DNA of 63,584 nt, the filler included, from Licmophora abbreviata (lineage: Eukaryota), in NCBI GenBank assembly GCA_900291995.1. It is 9 parts of 9 records of this genome, joined end to end, with 100 filler letters (N's around TTAATTAATTAA, not from the genome) between each part and the next. Parts side by side here need not be neighbours in the genome. Positions count along the whole stretch, not along the records: positions 14,234 to 24,890 come from OLMU01000321.1; positions 24,991 to 29,818 come from OLMU01000322.1; positions 29,919 to 31,730 come from OLMU01000323.1; positions 31,831 to 33,807 come from OLMU01000326.1; positions 33,908 to 36,741 come from OLMU01000327.1; 4 more parts are not named here. One strand, given 5' to 3'. The notes below the pieces were generated by a model. It did no database searches. It was not told the DNA's origin and worked only from the letters and a program-made list of their open reading frames with translations. Shown here piece by piece: positions 21,937 through 33,982 of this stretch. A program made the position numbers and the translations under genes. Every line of letters begins with the position of its first letter. Position 1 is the first letter of the stretch.

Positions 21937-24676
21937 ATGATGACACTAGAATACGGCCTGGTGCTACAGCTCTTCGAACAACAGGGCACCCACGCAGGAA
22001 TCCTTCTTGGCCACTCTGGGCGAAAGTGATTGTAGTCTTCATGTCGACCTACGTTGCCTTGGTGGTATACTTTGTCTCGTCGATTGCGTCAACGAGTGCT
22101 ACTCTTCCTCGCAGCTCTGATGCAGTACTAGAGCGATTTCCTATCCACCAAGGAGAGGAGGATGTAGCAGGCCATGAAAGAAAAAATCAACAGCAATCAG
22201 TGTCGAAGTCCCAGCAGCGACGTGTACTAGTTTCTTCTTTTCCATGGACAAGACGAACGCGGAAGCAGCCTTGCAAAAGTACGGGGCATCGGCGATTCGC
22301 AAGACACTTACAGCCTATCTGGAACCGCCCATGAATGACACGGTTCCCAACACTGGTAGTCAGGGTGATGTGGAAGACAATAGGGATATTGGGGAGCCTC
22401 CCGAGTTCAGAATACCTCTCCCTCTTCGTACGACGACACCCTCTGATCTCTTGCGATTTCAATACCCCAAACTACAAACCTGTCAGGACTTGCCGGGCAA
22501 GATTCCGGTCGACCGCGGATTGCAAATGGATCCTGATGGAAACCCCATCGTTTGGAATGTTGGAGACACACCCACATCGGACGATTATCCTCTACAGGAG
22601 GCTCCGTTTTGTCCCGTCGAAGCGGACGCTTTCCTTCCGTGGATACATGATGTATTTCCGACCGTGGATGGTAAGGTCATTGAATTTATTGCACAAAACA
22701 GGCGTCGGTGCAAGACTGGCAAGAAGTTTCGAAAGGATTTGAAACGATTAGAACCGCAGATCGCATTGCTCCAGCCCATTAGCGTCGAACGAATTGATGA
22801 AGAGAAAGCGAGGAATCTGGCACCTGAGTTGTGGCACCCATTCGAAGACGACGAAGCACTTTCTCAACAAGAACAGCTTTCCCGATATCGATTGGCTCCC
22901 CACAACGAGTCGGCAGCCGATGGACAGTTTACGCGCTTTGTGTGTCGTTTTCATGGAACCGAATTTAGTAGCTATGCCGAGCCTCGAACTGTTGTTCTCG
23001 GCGAAACCCTCAGTACGTATCCATTCAATTACGAGTTTGTGACCTTTCGCAAGGGCAAGCCGCCAACGATGATCACTCCAAAAGGCAAGGACACGAAAAC
23101 CTTTTGGATGAGTACTCTTCGGTTTCAATGTCCAGTGCCGAAACTGAAGGGCTTGCACGAGATGATTGCCAATGGGGGCACGATACTAAGCGATGGTACT
23201 CCAACAGTCCATGTGGACCTAGTGCCGATTCGCACTCCGCCTCGCTATGGAACGGCTGAAGCCTACTTTACCGAGGATCTGGCGGGACCAAGCGATACAT
23301 GGGGCGTGGGATCGCCTTGGAAAGACGCGAAGGCCTTTGATCCCGAGGAGCGCTGGGGCGACAAGAATGTTATGCCACGAGTCGAAGCAAGCGGGAGATG
23401 GGCTAACATTCCAATATGCTTTCCACCCAAAGTACCTCTTGAAGAAGATGAGTCGTCACCAGCCGTAGGCAAGAAGCCGCATGTACTGTCGGCATGCCTG
23501 TGGGCATCGGCTGCATTTCGCACCAGAGGTGCGAGGAAGCAGCCTCAAAAGGATACAATGACTCGACTGATGGAATGGATCGAGTTCCATCTCATGGTCG
23601 GCTTTGATCATATCTACGTGTAGTAAGTGTAACGGCGATCCTCTGGACGTCGGCAACTTGATTGCTGTCTTGGCGTGCGCTCACATTCCGACTGGTTTTC
23701 TCCCTTACAGCGATAACAGCGGTGCACAGACGAACGAAACCAGCCTAGCTCCCATCCTGGACAAGTTTCCTGAAACAAGAGTAACTCGCATAGACTGGCC
23801 TTCCATCGTTTGCAACAATAACATTCCAGCTCACGATAATACTGGCGAGCGATCGTCGCAGTACGCGAGCGAGAATTCTTGTCGAACGAGACACGCCCCA
23901 TTCACTGAATGGATTGCGTCGTTCGACACTGACGAATATTTGGTTCCAATGGGAAAGTACACGAGTCTAAAGGACGTGCTGACCGATGCTGAGTTGAGAA
24001 AGACCAACATATTGTCGTTTCGTAGCTCACGGGCTAGGTTGCGTTGGGACCGATCACGGTACGTTAGTCGATCATTTTCTGCATTCCTCGATTCAACTGT
24101 TTTGATTTCATTCATTCATCTTGTTTGCCTCACGCCTCACCTTTCAGGAGTCAAGGGCGCGGACGTACAATGTTCGAGAACTCAACATTCTTTGAAGCAT
24201 ACAACTGCGATAGCGCTGCGGCTCCAAAACCGTCATGGGCTGATCGTGCGAGAAAGCAGATCTATCGAACCGACTACGTTCCCCTGCATTTTGTACACTA
24301 TTCCACGGTGACACGATCCATGCTGACGCCATACAACGACGAACCGAGCTCATGGCGCCGTCAATGCAGCGAACGGCTTCCCTCCGAACGTAACGCGGAC
24401 GACGCGAAAGAAGCTACCATGCTCCACACGAAAAGTACTACCGAGGATCAGTCCAGCAACTGGAACAAACGATGCCACTATCAATTTGAAAAGAAGTGGA
24501 GAGGGTGCTACATCGGATTTCCTTTTCCGAAGAATGTCACAAGCAACCCAGGTGAAATCCCTCATCGCGAAGATGGCATGGAGTACAACTGCTATGAGAA
24601 CGAGCAAATCACTGACTACTGGGCACCGCGCTTGCGTGATGCTCTCCAGAGGCGTCAGACCGCATCAACGGCATAG
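21937..24676 (+). CDS. Glycosyltransferase family 92 (DUF23)-like type II membrane protein; 5' part has apparent frameshifts
   Basis: Introns 23623-23710 and 24059-24147 give EWIEFHLMVGFDHIYVYDNS, WIASFDTDEYLVP and HFVHY. The TM anchor KVIVVFMSTYVALVVYFV (from 22026) is in another frame than the main ORF (22178-23622). The start is uncertain. Confidence 0.7.
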
Positions 24677-24740
24677 GAAACAAAAATGCCGCATTGTAGT
24701 GTCACTCTAGAAAGTAGCGACAGCGTCAACCATCAATCTA

Positions 24741-25140
24741 GCGTTGATACGATGAATTTTTTCAGTTAATCCTTATTGATTCAGTATAGCCCTTACGAAA
24801 GCGTCAATTTCGTGTTCCAGTTCAGCTCTGTCGAATAGTCCGTTGATCATCTTGGGAGGCAGTCGATCCAGCCCAGCGCGCGCTCCCAACNNNNNNNNNN
24901 NNNNNNNNNNNNNNNNNNNNNNNNNNNNNNNNNNTTAATTAATTAANNNNNNNNNNNNNNNNNNNNNNNNNNNNNNNNNNNNNNNNNNNNGCGTTGATAC
25001 GATGATTTTTTTCAGTTAATCCTTATTGATTCAGTATAGCTCTTACGAAAGCGTCAATTTCGTGTTCCAGTTCATCTCTGTCGAATAGTCCGTTGATCAT
25101 CTTGGGAGGCAGTCGATCCAGCCCAGCGCGCGCTCCCAAC
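24741..25140. repeat. 150-bp duplicated contig ends (24741-24890 vs 24991-25140) around spacer 24891-24990; probable allelic copies
   Basis: Identical except for three substitutions (gatgaa/gatgat, cctt/tctt, ttcagct/ttcatct). Confidence 0.9.
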
Positions 25141-26432
25141 ACACTGCCCAACACGGAGCCACGATGAACGTTCTCGCCCCCGACATTGGCGTTCGCCAGT
25201 AGCCCCGTCCACGCATCTTTCTTTGGAATGTATCTAGCTACCATGTCTAGCGTCGATGGAATCGAGGAGGACAAATAGCACGCCCTGACAAACCAAGGGC
25301 AAAGGATGGAGTTAGAATAAGGTGGTCCAAGTCAACTCAGAACACGCGCGCTTTCGGTTACTCACGTCATTTGATCAGATCTGCCACTCGATGGCATTCG
25401 TCGGATACCTATCTGATCAGCACATGCGTTTAAATGAGACTGCATGGCTTCATCGTGTTCTTCGCGGACAGCGTGGAATACAACTTGACTCCACCCCCGG
25501 CTCACAAGCTCCAGCTGTTTCGATTTCCGAGTCACAGCCGCAGTCTCGGCAGCAATACTGGCAGCTTCGTCCGGTGACTTGGCGGCCAAGGCAGCTATGG
25601 TTGGTAGAACCAGCCCGTCGATTGTGTCAACATTGTGCTGGTCGTTGTCGGGGCACTCCTCTGGGGCGAGCTTCCGCAATACAAGATTCGCAAAGAACAT
25701 TCGGTGACATGTCGAAGCATATGTATCATTGTGGCTGCCCGGTTTCCGCATGAAATCGATGTAGGCTTGCCGGAAGCCATCCGCATTGAAAGTCCCTCCG
25801 CCTGCCACAATAGTTTTCATCAAGACTCGTGCCAGTTGAACCTCGAGGGTGTTCTCTCCCTTTTGCAATGTCGCATGGTAGTGTATCTGCTTGTTCGGAT
25901 CCCAGTACGCGCGTTTGCCATGGTTGATGACATCTCCAATAATGCTAGTGCCTTCCTTCGAGAAGCTCCCCCGACCTCCTCCGTTCGTGTTGCTCTTGTT
26001 GAGAATGCTGCCTTTTAAAGTAGTTTTTGGCTTGGTATAGTCCGTGATGCCCGAAAGACCATAATCCGCCTGAATCTGCGGAAAGCCTCCATAGTACCAG
26101 TGCGTCGGCGCCGCCAGAGCGTCGCCACTGAAGAATCCCCACAATGCGGCTCGTAACCGGGACTCCTCGATGGAGAGATTCGGTTTCGCAAAGCTCACAG
26201 GCGCCGACACTGCAGATGCCTGGACCGTCCTCGATGGAAACAACGAGAACACCATGACGCAACAAGAGGTCAAGGAAAGAGTCACGAAAAAGCACCAGAG
26301 TGGCCTATTCCGGGACAGATGCATACAACGGCGGATTAAAGAATGATGTTGATATGGATTCGATGTGGATCTAGCCTCGACGAAGCAAGAAGACACCGAA
26401 AATGACGACGGTGACGGCTGAGTCATCGTCAT
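25023..26432 (-). CDS. ADP-ribosylglycohydrolase-family protein with N-terminal hydrophobic extension
   Basis: join(26432..25366,25284..25023), intron GTGAGT...TCAG giving QMTACYL. Motifs ALWGFFSGDALAAPTHWYY and NANVGGENVHRGSVLGSVLGA. The start could be 26324. Confidence 0.8.
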
Positions 26433-26645
26433 GGCCACATGTTTTGTGTTTCCGGGCACGACAGAAAAGGTGGCGCGCTCTCGACGCGCCGCGAGCTCGG
26501 AACGAGAGGACTGATTGATTCAACAGCGTTTTCCCGCCAAGAAAAGACGGAAGCATTCATTGAAGCAGTACTATGCATTATCTACTAAACACTTTGGACG
26601 GACACTTGACAATCTGAATTGCATGTCGAGGGTTCGCTGGATCTG

Positions 26646-29374
26646 TTATGGGTCTTTGGGATTGAATTTCGTGATGAGTTCTCGAATCTTCGGTGTCTTC
26701 CTTCGTGGGGGAGTCGGCGGACGAAATGTATGGCTTCTTCGGCTGTTGCGAAGATAGGAATGCTGTCTAGTGTACCCCAAGCTTGTGTTTGGTGACTCCA
26801 TCCATCCCACTTCTCGCGACTCGAGTTCTGGCCCTTCCCGACCGTTGTCGCCAACGTCAACAGTCAAATGGGGGCGAGCTCTTGTGTCGCCAACATCGTC
26901 GCGAGACTCATTGAATTGAGATTCGCGGCTGCTTCGATGATTCAGAATTCCAGGTGGAGTTGCCTTGTACGATCGGGAGACTTCCGCTTCTTCGCGCGAG
27001 TCGGTGTAGTTACATGAAGCTTTCATGGGAACGGACTTCAAGGTAACTTCCATAGGAAGATTTGTATTGCTAGCCCCTTCATCGACCACAAACTCGTCTT
27101 CTTCTTCTTCGTCTCCCTCGAAACCAGGAAGCAGAGCAGGAATGGCGAATGCATTCGGGCGGTGAGGCGCTGATTGATTCACGGGCGTTTGCAGAGACAG
27201 AAAGGAAATGTCATCGGTCGCCACGGAGTCTAGGTCGTAAGACGAGGATGTCTCTTCGTCGCTTTCACCGACGCCATCACGCTGATCTCTTTCATACTCT
27301 CCGGCATCCCTTGCAAAAGGCCACGACTCTTCGAGGTCTGACATTTTCTCTACGATCGAGACTCCGTCATCACCATCAATGGATTCAACGGACGCCGGGG
27401 CTGACATGACGTCGGACACGGCTTCGCTGGCTGATTCTCCATCCTCAGAGTCTTGGGATTCGGGAAGGGTACGGCCATTGATACCATCGTACTCTTGCCA
27501 TTCATGCTTGTATTTTGAAATGTAAGCCAAATACTCCTCGTGTTCATCCAGGAACATGTTGTCGGCCACTTCGCTTTCATCATACACTTTGTCTTCCCTT
27601 ACTTCCTCGTACAGGGATGAACGAAGTGTCACCATGGTCATCATGCAGACAGAGATAATGGACATAAGCAAATAACCACAAGCGACGCCATCGGCAGTCT
27701 CCGTACAAATCATATCATTGAACACCTCATCGTAGATTGGATGGATCTGCGTGCACTGAAGAGACGCGACCGCGCTATCAAGAGACTTTCGAATCAATGT
27801 CAAGCCCTTCGCAAGGTTCCGGGCTGCCAACAAAATATCATCGAGGCTGCGTCCACATTGCTGTTCCAGTTCGGATTTGCCAGTGGAGTCGACAAGTGAT
27901 AAATGATGCCATATCATGGCAATGGATCCTTGTAAGTTTGACTCCAACTCTAGGAGGGGACCCGTGGGGTCATCTCCCCGGCATCCATTGGTGTATGCGG
28001 TGACCATGGTGTACAAGTAATCCGTTTGATCGACATTGGACTGACTGAGTATCTCATAAACAGTTCCATTTGGACTACGGGACGGACCAGCGATGCACGC
28101 ATCTGCACTTGCTATCGTCGCAACCGCGGTAGCCACTGCGGTGGACCACGAGACAAGACTGAACAGAATAAGAGCAGGAACAAGGCAGTTGGAAATACTT
28201 TTCTTGACGCAAGGTCCGGCTTGACCCTTCCACACGAGAATCATTGAAAATGCTACTGCTGTTGTGAGGACAAACAGGCACAATAACAGAGCTGGCAATG
28301 CCCATATATTGTCTTCTGTCGTATCGACGGCTGATCGGAGATCGTTGATACCGCCTTGTATATAACCGACAGCATCTTTTGCATTCGTGACGTTGTTTCC
28401 CAAAGCGTTTTGGACTTCATCTAACTCATTCTTTATCACGGACGAAAGACCTTCCAGATCTACCTCCAGCTCAGAGCTCGAGCCAACGTTCGGGCAGAAC
28501 TCTTCAAAGTCCAAAGAGACAGCTGTGACTGTAGTCGAGACATGTGCCGCTGCATCAGTAATGGAAGCGATCGCCGTGTTAACTTGATTGATAACATCTT
28601 GTACTTCCTAGGAATAAAGAAGACAAAGTAGGCTGTGAGGGGGTCTTAATCCATTTGAGATATAGACTCTCAACGTATACCCGTGTAGGGATCGACTCAC
28701 ATTGAAAACAACATCTGCGCGAGAGGCCGTCTCATGAATTGGGTTGAAGCAATACGCTAGAAGCAGGGCACTACAAGCAACGTTGATAATGGCTGTAGAG
28801 AGAAATGCGATTCGTGTGCGTCGTTGTCGCTTTGCGTTCTGCTCGACATGATCGGGCTCGATCCCGTCATCTAGAATGGCGGACCCAGCAATGTTGGCCT
28901 CTGGCTCGCCTTTTCCAGAGCTTTGAGAAGAATTCGATTCTTCAAGCTCAGTTGATCCAGAGTCACGTGGAGGAAAAGAAGACTCGGGATAGTCGAGTGC
29001 CGTCTGGAATGGTTTTCCGGATGCACACCCAACGGAATCTCCCTTGCATTTCAACATTATCAAAGCTGAAACCCACAAGAGAAATATCGCTGCCATGATA
29101 GAGCCATACACCACCAATCCATACGTGTAGTCTTTTCGAAAGTTTTGATCCGACGAAAACAAATCGGCAACATTCTGCGATTGAAATCCCCGTGGGAAGG
29201 AGACAAGTCGATGCATCGCCGACAGCATAGCCGGCTTTGATGTTTGAGCGGTAACACGGGATTTACAGGAAATGAGAAAGACAATTATATCAAAGTTTAT
29301 CACCACACAAATGAAATAATCACTCAAAGAGTACTCACCGCGCTGTACTGCGGAGCATCGTACTCTTCTGCCAT
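26646..29374 (-). CDS. Tweety-like multi-pass membrane protein with acidic disordered C-tail
   Basis: Exons 29374-29339, 29234-28701 and 28607-26646, all phase 0. The N-terminus YSAPAMLSAMHRLVSFPR resembles Tweety Y.P....LH.LP; SADAC motif; 5 TM segments; Cys-rich extracellular loop. Confidence 0.6.
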
Positions 29375-29743
29375 GGTCGAATCCATTTGAATATCACGAC
29401 GAGCGGCTCTTGCGACAAAGTCCCGTATTTTGTGAGCGGCGAATCGCCGAAAAGCCCAATCGCCAAACATGTCTTGGCAGAATGAAATGCTTATATACAT
29501 GGAAAGATTTTATACTAGTCATTGAATTAAATCCAATATGTCAATTCGCGCCCAAGTCCGAATCACGGAATCATCAATTCTCATCGATGTGAACTCATCA
29601 CAAAATCGTCACATCATCACTCGCCGCAATCGTGGATTCCCCTTCCCAAGCATGACTAAAGTTCGAATCTGCAGCGAGTTCGACGAGGCCAACATCCATT
29701 CTTGTCTCATTTCTATATTGATATCCTTGTCGATTCATTCACC

Positions 29744-30518
29744 ATGTCAAGCGCCAACCGTCGACACACCCGAAAGCGCGCCGCCGCCGTACATGCAGAG
29801 GAGAAGATCAAGTCGACTNNNNNNNNNNNNNNNNNNNNNNNNNNNNNNNNNNNNNNNNNNNNTTAATTAATTAANNNNNNNNNNNNNNNNNNNNNNNNNN
29901 NNNNNNNNNNNNNNNNNNCTCGATGCATTTAGCTGTTGGAGCGACGATGTTTCTGTTGCGACGTCGACCGTCTGCTACTTGGACGAGTTCGACGACCTTG
30001 CCGCGGGTCAGGTCAGCAAGAAAGCGAAGAGCACCAGTGATTCCCCTAGTTTCTCTGAAGAGACGCTCGAGCATTTTCCCTCCAACCACTCGACGAGCAT
30101 TTCAAACAAAAAGTCCGGAAAGAAGTCCCAAGGCATCACTTCGTCCAAACCGTCCACCTCGGGAGATACTGTCACAACAAGCGACGATGCTTCGGAATCC
30201 TCCGAGTCCTCTAACCCCGATGCTTCGTCTGGTATTGCTCTCAAGACTGAGAAAGTCGATCAAGATGCCGCCTCGCGAGTCGAGCGTGCGGAGCGAATCA
30301 AGGCTCGTAACCAGCACTCCACCCGCCCCATGGTTCTTTCGCGACGCATGTTAATGAAGGTCCATATGACTCGCGACATGTCGCCGATCTTTTCGCCAAT
30401 AGCTGCCGTCCGTCTTTTCGGTACTCCTTCCGTGATTTATATTCCAGCTTCATCAGCGTCCCTGCATGGAACTGGATTTGCCGCCAAGAGCAACATTTCG
30501 ACGTATGGGGCATCATAG
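29744..30518 (+). CDS. Hypothetical Ser/Lys-rich low-complexity protein spanning gap 29819-29918
   Basis: ATG at 29744 (MSSANRRHTRKRAAAVHAEEKIKST) is open to the gap; the frame resumes LDAFSCWSDDVS... to the stop at 30518. Confidence 0.45.
29819..29918. other. Artificial scaffold spacer
   Basis: 44N-TTAATTAATTAA-44N. Confidence 0.97.
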
Positions 30519-30811
30519 ACGCTTGTCTTTTATGGGGTGCTATGGGCGCATTTGCATTTTCAATTTGAGTTCTTCCTCTAGGATCGAATTGTGACGTTTC
30601 TTAGTCCGGTGTCCAGATCCTGGAGTGATTTGTATGGATGTAGCTACAGTATGTGTTCTGACTTAACTACATTGATCTGGAAAATCAAAAGGTATTCTTA
30701 TAAACATTCCTTTGTCGTTTATCAATGCTATCGTCCGCCGTCTTGCATCAGTCGTCATTAGGTCAATCATGGCTGGCTAAGTCGAAAAACATAGGACAGC
30801 GAATTCCGCTT

Positions 30812-31730
30812 CTAAGCTCCAGAAGGGGCGAATCGATTCATATCCGGCATGTTACGACGAAGCATAACGGCTTGCATAGTATCGGGATTATACGCCGGTG
30901 CTGCGTACGGATTCCTTTGATATATCTCCTTGTTCATGTATGGCTGACCATAGACAGGAGGCGATGACATCATTGCTCCGGCAGCATCGGGTGGAGGCGG
31001 AATACGGGCACGAGGAGGGAGGTACATGGGTGCTCCGGCGGCATCCGTCGGAGGCGGGATGTGGGCACGAGGAGGGAGGTACATGGGATTGACGGCGGCA
31101 GTGTTCATCGTTGCGGCTTTACTGGCCGCCTCGATTCCCGCGTAGTATCCGGCACTGAGGATCTGTTGATGCTTGATGTATTCATCTTCGAGCGCTTGTT
31201 CTTTCTCGCTCTCAAACATAATTCGACGCATCTCGGGAGCGCGTTGACGCAGCGCCTGGCTTGTCTTCTCGCGAGCAGCTTCATCCCCGACCTCGAACCA
31301 CAGACCGGACGCTTCGTCACGCTTCAGGAAGCGTCCATTTCGTGCGCGGACAGCGTTGACAATGGCACGCGAGATGGCTGGCTTGTCGTTCTTGCGGGCC
31401 TTGAGGTATCCACGACGATGGTAATTGATGAGATCGCGAAAGAAGCGATTGCCAGGATGGACATTGGTGCCCCCGCCACGACCACTGAGTACGTCATTAT
31501 CACCGAAAAACGCAGAGCCTTCCGCGCTGGCTTCCACAGGCGGTGATTCGTCGGCTCCTCCGAGGTTGGTAGAGACCTGCTCCTGGGCGCTTGTGCGCTG
31601 CCTCTTTGCATCAGGAGGACCGCCACTAGTGGCGCCATCGCTGGGAGTGCTTCCCGACGTTTCACTGGCTCTCTTCTTGACCTCCTCGCCTATGGCATCA
31701 GCCTTATCGTCTTTCTTGTTGGCGCCCCCA
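30812..31730 (-). CDS. DUF6824-domain protein (diatom-expanded family), 5' end lost in gap
   Basis: DVLSGRGGGTNVHPGNRFFR...IVNAVRARNGRFLK...AREKTSQALRQ; the frame is open upstream to the gap at 31731. Confidence 0.85.
30974..31087. repeat. 57-bp coding tandem repeat, two copies
   Basis: Encodes PMYLPPRAHIPPPTDAAGA and PMYLPPRARIPPPPDAAGA. Confidence 0.9.
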
Positions 31731-31830
31731 NNNNNNNNNNNNNNNNNNNNNNNNNNNNNNNNNNNNNNNNNNNNTTAATTAATTAANNNNNNNNNNNNNN
31801 NNNNNNNNNNNNNNNNNNNNNNNNNNNNNN
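31731..31830. other. Artificial scaffold spacer
   Basis: 44N-TTAATTAATTAA-44N; hides the 5' ends of two divergent genes. Confidence 0.97.
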
Positions 31831-32267
31831 CAGTCTGCCTTTCGCCGCAACAAGGTCATGTCCGATCTCGAACAGGAGGGCGTGAGCACGCAGGCGATGC
31901 GCAACCGTGCCAGGCGTCGTAAGGCTCGCCAGCACCTCGCTGCATCCGAGGACACGCCCGATCTCTTTCAATGCTGCGGCGTCGGTCTCATCTTGTAAGT
32001 TTCAAGCCTTCCAGCTTCGCTGCACTTAATGTCTGATCCACGCATGTACTAATTTCAAGTTTTGTCCTGTCTAAACACAGTGGTGACGCGACTGAAGAAG
32101 ATGAGGCAACAACCCGTGCCCGCGAGAAGGAGATGTACGAGCAGAAGAAGCGTGAAAAGATGGAACGGGAGGAGAAACTACGACGTTCTTATGTTCGTCC
32201 GAAGGCAAGCAGTCAAATGGTAGAGAGTCTTGAGGTCGCCATGGAGGACATGCCCACGAATGAGTGA
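31831..32267 (+). CDS. 3' part of a hypothetical coiled-coil protein, possibly with an IQ-like motif; not in the ORF track
   Basis: join(<31831..31994,32081..32267), intron GTAAGT...TACTAAT...CACAG. Translation QSAFRRNKVMSDLEQEG...LFQCCGVGLIF-GDATEEDE...EKEMYEQKKREK...TGA. Confidence 0.7.
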
Positions 32268-32384
32268 AGAGCAGGCTTGTGTTGGACGATTCGTGGTGAG
32301 ACCCGATTCGTCAATCTGTGACAGCTTTGTATCTTCTGAATTATTGAGTACGCCGTATCGACAATTGTAGCTTGGTGTTTGCAT

Positions 32385-33412
32385 TTACACATTTGTGACT
32401 TTATAAAAAATGACCAACGCCCATCGCGTTCCTTTCCGAATCGGATCAGCCTGGTGCCATACAGCCCGATCGATGAATGCCACATCTCCAGATCTCGTAT
32501 CATAGTGCAATTCTGAAGTCTTTCCAGCGCCATCTTTGCCGTCCCAGAACGTTAGTCCTCCGCCATGACCTGCAAACGTGTTTTCTTCTTCTGGTGCTGA
32601 CCAACGGTCGATCGGCAGGGCTACAACCACTGAACCATCCACCTTGCCCGCGCCATCCACGTGCTGCGTGTACAATCATTTGAAAACGTTCTTGAGTGAT
32701 GCTGCGGGTTGCACAAGCGCAACATGGCACATGGCGTCCAAACTTACTTTGAGGAGAGCCTGTTCTCCTGGAGCAGGCGTGTACCGAGTCACAAAGGTCA
32801 TCAGTCGCTCGACCTTCAGCGCGGCGTTGGGGGCCATCCGGTTGAAGTTACAGGCGCGTTGCTGCCGATACCACACCGTAAATAAATCATTGCATGCGTC
32901 CAAGAGGGGCAGAAAGACACTTCGTAGCTCACGACTGGGATCCGTGCAAGGCACGCCACCTTCCATAACCTCGAGATAACAGCTGATTTTCCACTCTTTC
33001 ACGTTGGCGATTCCACCATTATAGGTCACCGTCTGAGGCTTAAACAGTCTTAACAAGTCAGGAAACAGAGAATCGAGATATTCTTCAGATACTGCTCCCT
33101 TCAAAACCAAGTGGCGCATTTTGGCGAGCTTCTTCCTGAGAACCATCTTCGGAATCTCCTCCATGGCACCGTTTCTCAAAATCAGGGGTTTTATACGAGC
33201 ATTGTCAGCACCACCGGACTCGCTACTGCCTACATTTGCGGTGAAAAACGCCAAGGCATTCATGAACAGAGTAAGAACACAGGAGTACGTCGCTCGCAGC
33301 TGGTTGGCTGGATCACGCCTCGTCTCTACGCACCATTTGATGGGGACCTAATAAGAGTTGGCGAAGTTTCATTCGGCAGCAAGTCTGCCTGGTTCACGAT
33401 ATTCGACAGCAT
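32385..33412 (-). CDS. 2-oxoglutarate/Fe(II)-dependent dioxygenase (prolyl-hydroxylase-like)
   Basis: Exons 33412-33334, 33229-32748 and 32663-32385 join in frame. HxD (LKHVDG), GGGLTF, distal His (VWHQADP) and RWALVIF. Confidence 0.8.
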
Positions 33413-33732
33413 GGCACGCAAGATCTAGAGCGGAAATTTTCAGTGGGGAGGAGGAGAAGTGCTTACTACAAGAGCGGAGGCGATGGTGCGAGTCGAATCG
33501 TCATCGTGGTGCAGAATGTGAGCAATGGTGATGGTGGGGTTGTGTGTGTGCGGCCCCAAAAAACCAAAACCCCACGGTCGTGTTGTAGCGGCGTGTGATG
33601 CGAGCTCCATTATTCTGTCATTGGTACATTACCAGGTAGAGCTCATTCCGACAACGGGACGAGCTTGTCTGAACCGGTGGCCAGTATCAGTAATCCATCG
33701 TCACCCTGAATAGAGCTAAGAAAGCACATTTG

Positions 33733-33982
33733 AACAGAAAGAAGAGAGATCGTGAGGGCGATAGTCCCTTTCTTCTAAGTTACGGGGATGCTACGCTGGT
33801 TCTAATTNNNNNNNNNNNNNNNNNNNNNNNNNNNNNNNNNNNNNNNNNNNNTTAATTAATTAANNNNNNNNNNNNNNNNNNNNNNNNNNNNNNNNNNNNN
33901 NNNNNNNAACAGAAAGAAGAGAGATCGTGAAGTCGATAGTCCCTTTCTTCTAAGTTACGGGGATGCTACGCTGGTTCTAATT
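33733..33982. repeat. 75-bp duplicated contig ends (33733-33807 vs 33908-33982) around spacer 33808-33907
   Basis: The copies differ at gagggcg vs gaagtcg. Confidence 0.88.

Noticed and set aside
24741..24890. Second, truncated copy of the hydrolase 3' end as a pseudogene or tandem duplication
   Set aside because: It abuts a gap and mirrors the start of the next contig; best explained as an unmerged allelic overlap.
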